IMG/VR virus record: IMGVR_UViG_3300001487_000052
Span: 37,503-101,502 of that record
DNA: 64,000 nucleotides
Direction: 5' to 3' (one strand)
Source: a virus
Taxonomy: Duplodnaviria > Heunggongvirae > Uroviricota > Caudoviricetes
The position numbers and the translations under genes are program-made. Of the stretch, positions 28,360 to 35,687 are shown in pieces. Within the stretch, counting starts at the first letter, position 1. Every line of letters starts with the position of its first letter. The notes under the pieces were generated by a model. The model ran no database searches and was not told the origin of the DNA. It saw only the letters and a list, made by a program, of their open reading frames with translations.

Positions 28360-28667
28360 TATTAAACTCAGAAAAGCTACGAAATGATCTTCATAACTCT
28401 CCGGGAATTAGAAAAAAGATATCCTGGTTAGAAAAGGTGTTAAAAGAGTTTGATAGAATTGATTGTGAGGATATAGAGATACGTCTTAGTCGATTTGATC
28501 ATTCCTTCTTCATAATTCGTATTATAACCTGGGAATATGTGGCAGTTATAAGAATAATTTCTAGGAACTTCTTTACTTATGATCTAAAACTGACAGGTGG
28601 ATCTATTACAAGTGGAGAAAGAAATACACTAAGAGAAATATGTGACATCCTGCTTCAAAACTCCTAA
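28356..28667 (+). CDS. hypothetical protein
   Basis: ORF only. Confidence 0.3.
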   Translation: MILNSEKLRNDLHNSPGIRKKISWLEKVLKEFDRIDCEDIEIRLSRFDHSFFIIRIITWEYVAVIRIISRNFFTYDLKLTGGSITSGERNTLREICDILLQNS

Positions 28668-28675
28668 AATAGGTC

Positions 28676-28939
28676 ATGGGAACTATGAAGAAAAGAAGGA
28701 TTTGGTTAGAAAAGGCAATAGAAAAACTAGAAAATGCAGGGATAGAAATTATCTGGATAAGACCTCTTAAAGACATTATCCCAGGTTTTATATTTGAAGT
28801 TAAGACAAAGAAAACAGTACTAGAATTAAGAGTCTATAGTAGGTCGAGCTGGAGAATTTATAGTACTCATAACACAACATATAGAATTACAAAATCAATA
28901 GAAGAATGCATAAAAGAAATAGAAAGTGGGAAAGATTGA
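28676..28939 (+). CDS. hypothetical protein
   Basis: ORF only. Confidence 0.3.
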   Translation: MGTMKKRRIWLEKAIEKLENAGIEIIWIRPLKDIIPGFIFEVKTKKTVLELRVYSRSSWRIYSTHNTTYRITKSIEECIKEIESGKD

Positions 28940-29166
28940 TAAAAGAAAATGGAGTGGGGAAAATAATGAAAGTGTCGGGAGATGGGTATTCTATATATTG
29001 TGAATGGATCAAACCAAACTATTACCTTATCTTCCGCAGAACACAAGATCCAGAAATTTATATAGTCCACCTTGAAATACACGGAGAAGACGATAGTGAG
29101 TTTAAAGAATTCTATCTTGGTGCTCTTAGATTACAGAAAGGAATAGTGTGGTGCGAAAAAATGTAG
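28906..29166 (+). CDS. hypothetical protein
   Basis: ORF only. Confidence 0.3.
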   Translation: MHKRNRKWERLIKENGVGKIMKVSGDGYSIYCEWIKPNYYLIFRRTQDPEIYIVHLEIHGEDDSEFKEFYLGALRLQKGIVWCEKM

Positions 29167-29372
29167 AAAAAGTGTTTATTGTGGGAGACCCTGGAGAAAA
29201 AGTAATTGGGACATTTGAAGGTGAGTATGATGTTCCAAGAGGTAGAAGGGAAGAATCAATGAAAGTACTCCTAAAAAATCTAAGAAGGCGAAACTCCTCT
29301 AATATTATAAAGAGAAAAACCACTCAACACAGCAATAAAAAAAAGAAACATGAGAACAATGACAATTATTGA
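29148..29372 (+). CDS. small EKVFIV-family protein, paralog A
   Basis: VEKVFIVGDPGEKVIGTFEGEYDVPRGRREES parallels the 29519 ORF. Confidence 0.35.
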   Translation: MVRKNVEKVFIVGDPGEKVIGTFEGEYDVPRGRREESMKVLLKNLRRRNSSNIIKRKTTQHSNKKKKHENNDNY

Positions 29373-29518
29373 TCCAGAAACAGGAGAGATTTTAACGGGA
29401 GAGATTAGTACTCCAACAGAAGAAGCATTAAAAGCTGGAAAAAGATATTACCAAAAGATGAAGAAGAAAAACAACCCTAGTCTAAAAAATCAAAACTAAT
29501 AACAAAAAAAAGAATAAC

Positions 29519-29704
29519 ATGGAAAAAGTATTTATTGTTGAGGAAACAGGAGAAAAGATAGTTGGAACGATTGAGGGTATTTATAAGGTTCCAGAAGGGA
29601 GAATAGAGGAATCCCTGAGAGAGTTCCTCAAAAAAAGAAAACAAAAACAGTTTTCTAATAAAGAAAAGAAGAAATATTTAATAAAACGAAAATCAGGAAA
29701 ATGA
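29519..29704 (+). CDS. small EKVFIV-family protein, paralog B
   Basis: MEKVFIVEETGEKIVGTIEGIYKVPEGRIEES. ATGA overlap with 29701. Confidence 0.35.
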   Translation: MEKVFIVEETGEKIVGTIEGIYKVPEGRIEESLREFLKKRKQKQFSNKEKKKYLIKRKSGK

Positions 29705-30252
29705 TGATAATATTTAGAGAAAAATTATTTAGAAGGGATGATGTTTCTGATAATGATTTAAAGCAACTACTTGATGATCCAGACCTAGTTAAAGAATACG
29801 GTCCCTCCGAGTTGATTATAATAGCTTCAAAAAAATATAATGAGGATCTGAAAAAACTAGGAATAAAAGGTAGTGCTGATAGAAACGTACTAGAAAAATT
29901 AAAAAAGGATGTAAGAAGCGGATACCTATTTAATGATGGTCCTGGAAAGGGAGATACACACCCGTTAGGAGATTTTTCTAAAAAAGATAAATCTTATGTA
30001 TTTTCTAAAAAGATATCAGAACAGCATAGATTTAACTATCGAATCTTTCCACCAAAATTAGAACTGGATGATAAAACAGGAAAACTCAGATACGGAAGAA
30101 AAGTTATATTAGTTTCTTGTTATGGCCATGAAACAGAAGAAGGGGATTATTTAAATGATAAAAATCTCCGCTCTAGGAAGAATAGAATGAGAGGAAATGC
30201 GCCTTATCGTAAATCTGAATCTATAATGAAGAAAAAGAAAAAAAATAGATGA
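29701..30252 (+). CDS. MIIxREK-family protein
   Basis: N-terminus MMIIFREKLFRR. ATGA overlap with 30249. Confidence 0.5.
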   Translation: MMIIFREKLFRRDDVSDNDLKQLLDDPDLVKEYGPSELIIIASKKYNEDLKKLGIKGSADRNVLEKLKKDVRSGYLFNDGPGKGDTHPLGDFSKKDKSYVFSKKISEQHRFNYRIFPPKLELDDKTGKLRYGRKVILVSCYGHETEEGDYLNDKNLRSRKNRMRGNAPYRKSESIMKKKKKNR

Positions 30253-30662
30253 TAAAATACATAGGTAACGATAATTTTAATGTAGATGGAGAAATAATAA
30301 AATCTACTGACTTAATCGAGGGTTGTGTGGGTTGGTATTTTAAACATGTGAGTAGCTGGCTGTGGAATGAGAAAAAACTTTGGGATCCTGAGCTAGATGA
30401 ATCTATTATCAGTCGTGTAAAAACTATTGCCATTATTCTTAGCCTCCGAACCTCATCTCCAATTTCTTACTACATAATAGACTTCCAAACACCTAGGATA
30501 TGCTATTTCAAAGTTTTATATGAAGATTACCTAGATATACGATTAACTTTTACATATGACCAAGTAAATTCGTTTTCTATGATGACCGACCCTAACTACC
30601 CTGGAGATATAATGACAATAGAAAATATAAGCATTCAAGATATAATAGAAATAATTAAATAA
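30249..30662 (+). CDS. MIKYIGND-family protein, paralog B
   Basis: N-terminus MIKYIGNDNF. Paralog of 27229-27648. Confidence 0.45.
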   Translation: MIKYIGNDNFNVDGEIIKSTDLIEGCVGWYFKHVSSWLWNEKKLWDPELDESIISRVKTIAIILSLRTSSPISYYIIDFQTPRICYFKVLYEDYLDIRLTFTYDQVNSFSMMTDPNYPGDIMTIENISIQDIIEIIK

Positions 30663-30664
30663 AT

Positions 30665-30739
30665 GGTGTGTATAGCTCAATTGGTTAGAGCTCTAGATTG
30701 TGGTTCTAGGGGTTGTCAGTTCGATTCTGACTACACACC
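30665..30739 (+). tRNA. tRNA-His (anticodon GUG) with genomically encoded G-1
   Basis: Manual fold. G-1 at 30665. Acceptor GTGTGTA/TACACAC. D-stem GCTC/GAGC. Anticodon stem CTAGA/TCTAG with loop TTGTGGT. T-arm GTCAG-TTCGATT-CTGAC. Discriminator C at 30739. CCA not fully encoded. Confidence 0.8.
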
Positions 30740-30974
30740 CAAAATAAAGATGAAGATAGGAGACTGTTTTTATCTTTTTTGTTTGCTGTGGAATGGTTTA
30801 AGGGGGTGGAGTGGTTCCCTTCGAGACGAGCGTAGCGAAGTCGAGATCCAACTCGAACTAATAAATCAAAGCTAAGTATTTTAAGCGGAACGCTTTAATA
30901 ATATAGCTTTAAATCTCTAGTTCGAATAATTACCAAGAGAGCCGCCTTCCCGGTGCCCGCCAGAATTCTATTAC

Positions 30975-31143
30975 GTTCGTTCATTCCTCACTATGTTCGT
31001 CATTACCTCACTACATAACGAATTCAACCCGGCTCTCTTTATCTTACGGGTTATCCTCGTTAAAAATTTCTTCTCGCTTCCATCCGTTGCTCGTAGCGAA
31101 ATTTTTTGGAAATCTTAACGTTTCGTTCGTTCCTCACTACACT
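30975..31143 (+). repeat. iteron-like direct repeats (GTTCGTTCATTCCTCACTA x3, degenerate) in a 530-bp noncoding region
   Basis: R1 30975-30993, R2 30996-31014 (adjacent), R3 31125-31143. A shared 9-mer CGTAGCGAA also occurs at 30832-30840 and 31094-31102. Confidence 0.45.
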
Positions 31144-31316
31144 AATTTCCAACACTCGTCCGGGAACCCTAAGATAGAAAGAAATATCCTACATAGATGG
31201 ATTAATAAAAATTGGAAATTGGAAAATATTCCTCCATATAAACCCAACAACGTTTTTAGGAATTAAAATTGGAAAAACACAGTCTAGAAAATCTTAAATC
31301 CTAATAGATGAATGAT

Positions 31317-31348
31317 GAAAGGGTACCAGTCCAGAGGTGTACCCTTTC
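31317..31348 (+). promoter_or_regulatory. perfect 10-bp-stem hairpin (GAAAGGGTAC/GTACCCTTTC, 12-nt loop) about 60 nt upstream of the helicase-like gene
   Basis: Read directly. Followed by a palindrome GTATAC-TTGGAATA-GTATAC at 31371-31390. Confidence 0.4.
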
Positions 31349-31409
31349 CAGATGATGATTATAACGTAACGTATACTTGGAATAGTATACCCTTAAAACA
31401 AATTAAATT

Positions 31410-33503
31410 ATGAATGATAATGAAGAAAGAAAAATGAATGTTATACCAATAGAAGTTCCTGAAGATGTTGAATATATTTCCCAATGGACTTCTTTTGTTT
31501 ATCCCATGGGAAATGTAATTCTTGATAAAACTATTTGTGGGTGTGGATTTACTGAATACTGTTTAAATAACACCATTCCAACTGTTTTATGTAGTCCCAG
31601 AAAGAAATTATTAGAGAACAAAGAAGAACAACATAATAGTGGTGAAAATCCACAGATGAGACCTATATATTATTTCAGAAATGACTATGAAAATAATATA
31701 GAATATGATAGTAGTAAAAATGAAGAGAAACTAAAAACCCCATTTGATAGTAATGAGGAGAGTTCATCTAATTATCTTTTTGCTATTAAGGAACAAGAAA
31801 ACCTAGACAAATTAGCAAAATCAGAAAAGAAGGATTATCTATCTCCTATTAAAGATCAACTTCGTTCCTATATTGAATCTTGTAGTAGTCAAAGCAGTCC
31901 ATTTAAAATTATTGTTACTTACGATTCCCTTCATCATGTACTGGATGTTCTTAATGAATATTACTCTTCTAGTTCTTATGTTATTGTTGTGGATGAATTT
32001 CAATCAATTTTTATGGATGCGTCTTTTAAGGCAGAGGTAGAGTTAGATTTTGTAGAAGATGTAAAGGGTTGTGCTAATGTTCTCTATCTATCAGCTACAC
32101 CAATGCTAGAGAAATATTTAGTTGAACTAGATTATTTCTGTGATCTCCCTATGTACAAATTTAAGTGGAATGAAAAGAGAGTAGAAAATGTAAGGTCAGA
32201 ATTAAGAATAGTAAAGAGTATAAATAATGAAGTTTCTAAGATTATACAGAACTATAGGGAAGGAAAGTATTTTGATAAAGTTCTTTCTGATGGTACTATA
32301 AGATACTCAAAAGAACTAGTAATATTTGTTAATTCTATTAGATCTATTTGTGATATTATTCGTAAATGTGATCTTAAACCAGAGGAAACTAATATAATAT
32401 GCTCTGATTCTTCTACCAATATAAAACAATTAAAGAGAGTGGGACATCAAATAGGAAACATACCTACATTTGGTCAACCACATAAGATGTTTACTTTATG
32501 TACCCGAACTACTTATCTTGGAGCAGATTTTTATTCTACTAACGCTTTTACGGTAGTTTGTTCAGATTGTAATATTCAGACTATGACAATTGATATTTCT
32601 CTAGACTTACCACAAATCTTAGGTAGACAGAGGTTAAAAGAGAATGTGTTTAGAAATGAAGTACTAATCCTTTATAAATCAGAAACAAAGAAAGGTGCTA
32701 TAATAAATGAAAAGAAGTTAGTTAATGATGAGAAAGTAAAATATAAAGAGGGAAGAACGCTTGAATTATTAGAGGGATATAATAAGATGTCAGATAGAGA
32801 AAAAGAGTTATGTGCAGAGAAATGGGCTAATGATAAAAACCTCTATAAAAATGATTATATAGGTATATCTAATCGTACAGGAAAAGCTACATTCAATTAC
32901 CTAGTTAAGATAGCTGATAAACGAGCCTATGATGTAACTAGAAAAGAATATATAGATGACATTACAATCAGAAGAGGAATTGAATCTATTGAATCTTCTA
33001 ATATAACGATTGTAGATAATATTAATACTGAGCTTCAAGGGGCTTATGAATACTTTATTTCTGAGTTCGATAAGGATAATAATTTTGAAAGAAGAATGAA
33101 GTTGCTATGTGATACTTATTTTCAGTATCCAGGTTTCTTTCAGGCTTATTCTAGTTCTCCACTTCAATGTATTATTCCTATTAACTATCAAAATTATATT
33201 AATCTTTTAGGTTTTGAAAGAATAAAAGCTTTGAAATATAGAGAGTCAGATATAATTTCCTATATTCAATCTCAACAAAATCTACAAAACTCTTCTATAA
33301 CTTCTCTCTTCAATGTAGGAGATAAATATACTACAAAACAAATAAAAGAAGTGTTAGCAAATTTTTACTCTCTCAATTCTATTACTAAAACTGCTAAAGC
33401 TTCAGATCTCGAGCAATATTATATTCTCAAAGCCATTAAACTCAAAGTAGGAGATAAGTGGGAGCATGGATTTGAGATAATAGCTATAAAATCCCAGCCC
33501 TAA
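31410..33503 (+). CDS. SF2 helicase/NTPase-like protein (DExQ box)
   Basis: IVVDEFQSIF (Walker B/DExQ-like, about nt 31985) and LYLSATP (motif III-like SAT, about nt 32085). No canonical GxGKT Walker A was seen, so assignment is tentative. Confidence 0.45.
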   Translation: MNDNEERKMNVIPIEVPEDVEYISQWTSFVYPMGNVILDKTICGCGFTEYCLNNTIPTVLCSPRKKLLENKEEQHNSGENPQMRPIYYFRNDYENNIEYDSSKNEEKLKTPFDSNEESSSNYLFAIKEQENLDKLAKSEKKDYLSPIKDQLRSYIESCSSQSSPFKIIVTYDSLHHVLDVLNEYYSSSSYVIVVDEFQSIFMDASFKAEVELDFVEDVKGCANVLYLSATPMLEKYLVELDYFCDLPMYKFKWNEKRVENVRSELRIVKSINNEVSKIIQNYREGKYFDKVLSDGTIRYSKELVIFVNSIRSICDIIRKCDLKPEETNIICSDSSTNIKQLKRVGHQIGNIPTFGQPHKMFTLCTRTTYLGADFYSTNAFTVVCSDCNIQTMTIDISLDLPQILGRQRLKENVFRNEVLILYKSETKKGAIINEKKLVNDEKVKYKEGRTLELLEGYNKMSDREKELCAEKWANDKNLYKNDYIGISNRTGKATFNYLVKIADKRAYDVTRKEYIDDITIRRGIESIESSNITIVDNINTELQGAYEYFISEFDKDNNFERRMKLLCDTYFQYPGFFQAYSSSPLQCIIPINYQNYINLLGFERIKALKYRESDIISYIQSQQNLQNSSITSLFNVGDKYTTKQIKEVLANFYSLNSITKTAKASDLEQYYILKAIKLKVGDKWEHGFEIIAIKSQP

Positions 33504-33556
33504 AAACGGGAGCGACCACTTTTTAAGGAGTTTTTGATATGAAACCCTTATATATG

Positions 33557-33594
33557 TAGAGAAGTTTGATTATCAGCTTCTCTACTGTTTTGTT
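33557..33594 (+). terminator. terminator-like hairpin after the helicase-like gene
   Basis: TAGAGAAG...CTTCTCTA stem followed by CTGTTTTGTT. Confidence 0.4.
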
Positions 33595-33615
33595 AATAAA
33601 AACCTAATATTTGAG

Positions 33616-34029
33616 ATGAAAAAGAGTAAAAAATATTTAATTAATCCAGATCTTAAGATAGTAAAAAAATATCATGATAAGACGGGGTTGAAAATTTATA
33701 TATTTGAACAACCAATGACAATTAGTGGTGTCTCTTTTACTAACCTTTTACTTGAGGTATATGAAGACAAGGACTATTTTGGTTTTATAGAATCTGGGTG
33801 GCCTGTTGATAGAGACAAGGTTTATGAATATATTAGATGTGTAGAACTTTTTATATTCAGAAAAAATTGGCCACATTGGAATAAATTACAAAAAAGAAGA
33901 TTACTTAGGATCATACGTGAATTTCCTTTACACCCAGGAACAACATATGGGGATTTTCTATATCAAGATGGAAGGGTTAATTGGGATAAGGTAGAGGAAT
34001 ATGAGACTAATCATAAAAAACATGAATAA
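33616..34029 (+). CDS. hypothetical protein, tandem paralog A (PLH-x-G...GDF...DGRV-W-K-YE family)
   Basis: RRLLRIIREFPLHPGTTYGDFLYQDGRVNWDKVEEYE parallels the next ORF. Confidence 0.45.
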   Translation: MKKSKKYLINPDLKIVKKYHDKTGLKIYIFEQPMTISGVSFTNLLLEVYEDKDYFGFIESGWPVDRDKVYEYIRCVELFIFRKNWPHWNKLQKRRLLRIIREFPLHPGTTYGDFLYQDGRVNWDKVEEYETNHKKHE

Positions 34030-34423
34030 AGGAAAATATTTACGCTCTAGTTTATCAGATAGAGAAATAGTAAGTGTGTTTAAGAATAAATCAGGAAATC
34101 GAGTCGTACTATATAAAGTATTCAAACCTGTGTCTTACTATTATGTTGTCGTTAGTAATTCATACAGGACAATATGCGATCTTATTTCAGGATTGCCAGA
34201 CGAAGAAGAGGCCGAGTATTATTTGAGGGACATAGAAAAGTATACAAAAAGAATAAAAGATAAAACAACGAGGAGATATTTTCTAAGACTTGTACGATCT
34301 CTTCCACTACATCAAGGAAAGTTGTTCGGGGACTTTATGTTTTCAGATGGCAGAGTAGATTGGGAGAAAATTAAAAAATATGAACAACAGTTTCCAGGAT
34401 GGGAGACTAGAATAAAACCATAA
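34001..34423 (+). CDS. hypothetical protein, tandem paralog B
   Basis: RRYFLRLVRSLPLHQGKLFGDFMFSDGRVDWEKIKKYE. Confidence 0.45.
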   Translation: MRLIIKNMNKGKYLRSSLSDREIVSVFKNKSGNRVVLYKVFKPVSYYYVVVSNSYRTICDLISGLPDEEEAEYYLRDIEKYTKRIKDKTTRRYFLRLVRSLPLHQGKLFGDFMFSDGRVDWEKIKKYEQQFPGWETRIKP

Positions 34424-34428
34424 TAAGT

Positions 34429-34608
34429 ATGATAATTTTACGAGAAACGAATTATTCTAGAAAATCAGAAATTGAACTAGATGAGGAGATAAAGGATGGA
34501 GCGGAAACCTTCATCAAAGAAATACTAAAGTATATATTAATGAGTAGTAGTCCTTTAATTAGTGAGTGGACTAGAAATCATTGGGCCATAGGGCTTCGAA
34601 TAAGATGA
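34429..34608 (+). CDS. unannotated 59-aa ORF with an MII-family N-terminus (MIILRETNYS)
   Basis: Not in the supplied ORF track. ATG at 34429. Its stop TGA at 34606-34608 overlaps the ATG at 34605 of the next gene (ATGA coupling). Confidence 0.35.
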   Translation: MIILRETNYSRKSEIELDEEIKDGAETFIKEILKYILMSSSPLISEWTRNHWAIGLRIR

Positions 34609-35024
34609 ATCATGTAGGTCCTTCTAGAGCACTTAAACTCTTTCTTGGATTAGTAGATAATTATAAAAACCTACCAAGAAGAAGATATACTCAGGAATTT
34701 GCTATAGAACTTAGGAATAATAAGAAAACCGCTTCTGATTATGTTGATTATATAAAAAATCTTATACGCACAGATCGAAGAACAGGTGAGGGAGTTAAAT
34801 ATCTAGAGGCATTGAAAACAGCTGGCGTAGAAGATTCTTATGGCAATCAAGACTTAATCCAGATGTGTAAATTTGCTGCCCTCTGTCTCACTAATCAACT
34901 TAATCCAGAATATGATAACTGGTATGATTCTAAGGTTAAGACTATGCAGGTAGATTGGGACAAGGAAATTAATACCTCTTCTGAAAACCTAAGAGAAATC
35001 CTAAAAACTATAACAGGATATTGA
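34605..35024 (+). CDS. hypothetical protein (start adjusted to ATG 34605; the track start at 34581 is a TTG)
   Basis: MNHVGPS. ORF with ATGA coupling to the upstream small ORF. Confidence 0.4.
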   Translation: MNHVGPSRALKLFLGLVDNYKNLPRRRYTQEFAIELRNNKKTASDYVDYIKNLIRTDRRTGEGVKYLEALKTAGVEDSYGNQDLIQMCKFAALCLTNQLNPEYDNWYDSKVKTMQVDWDKEINTSSENLREILKTITGY

Positions 35025-35317
35025 AAGATCCATTAAAAAAGTTCTATAGGAAAGAGCGATTAAGAAAAAAGATATTCTGGTTGAGTCGTGCTATTTCTCG
35101 TATACAGCCTGGGGGAAAGTATTATGAGATGAATATAGCAAAACAACTTACCCCAGAGAAACCCTATACAGTTGGGGTTACTATATACAGAGAGTCGTGT
35201 ATAGAGAAGATATTAATAACCAGAACAACATATAAGCACTCAAGATTTGTTGACCAAAAGCAAGATATAGGTTGGCAATTGATAAGTGAAGGAAAAACTG
35301 AAGATATAGTATTGTAG
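35021..35317 (+). CDS. hypothetical protein (98 aa)
   Basis: ORF only. Confidence 0.35.
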   Translation: MKDPLKKFYRKERLRKKIFWLSRAISRIQPGGKYYEMNIAKQLTPEKPYTVGVTIYRESCIEKILITRTTYKHSRFVDQKQDIGWQLISEGKTEDIVL

Positions 35318-35345
35318 CTGTATCTTTTTAATTTGCAGATAAAAA

Positions 35346-35687
35346 ATGAGAAAGTATTTATTATCAACAGGTACAGCGACAGATAGACTAGAGTATTATG
35401 TTCTAGATCTTTTTCGACTATACTTAAAAATATACCCTGGAGACATACCCGGGGCTTCAGGACTTGGATTTGATTTTAACTTAGGGGATACTAGGAAAGC
35501 TGATATTCCCAGTGTTGTCTCATCACGTATGTTAGACTTAGTAAACAAAATCCAGGCTCGTTTTACAGGAGGGGTTAAAATTTCCCTAGACTCCGTAGAA
35601 ATTATAGATGAGACGCGTGCAAGAATAGTAGTGACAGTAAATAATAGTGTCACAGAGGATATTTATGTTAACTTATACGACGAATGA
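35346..35687 (+). CDS. baseplate wedge protein, gpW / gp25-like
   Basis: 113 aa. IYPGDIPGASGLGFDFNL resembles the GPW_gp25 core (PGE-x-P-FG-x-L). Position immediately upstream of J/I-like genes. Confidence 0.5.
   Translation: MRKYLLSTGTATDRLEYYVLDLFRLYLKIYPGDIPGASGLGFDFNLGDTRKADIPSVVSSRMLDLVNKIQARFTGGVKISLDSVEIIDETRARIVVTVNNSVTEDIYVNLYDE

Noticed and set aside
29350-29499. 49-aa ORF (MRTMTIIDPETGEIL...) in the gap between the 29148 and 29519 genes
   Set aside because: Short, no coupling or motif support. It could be real but is not supportable from sequence alone.
30790-30870. Second tRNA or structured RNA downstream of tRNA-His (GTCGAG-ATCCAA-CTCGAA stem-loop; GGAGTGGTTCCC)
   Set aside because: I could not fold a complete cloverleaf with a paired acceptor stem. 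Left as unexplained GC-rich sequence.
30663-30875. Track ORF (70 aa) spanning the tRNA-His region
   Set aside because: Its 5' end is the tRNA-His gene itself, and the remainder is a GC-rich structured tract. It is more likely non-coding.
30975-31143. CRISPR array
   Set aside because: Only 3 degenerate repeats with irregular spacing and no uniform spacers. No cas genes.
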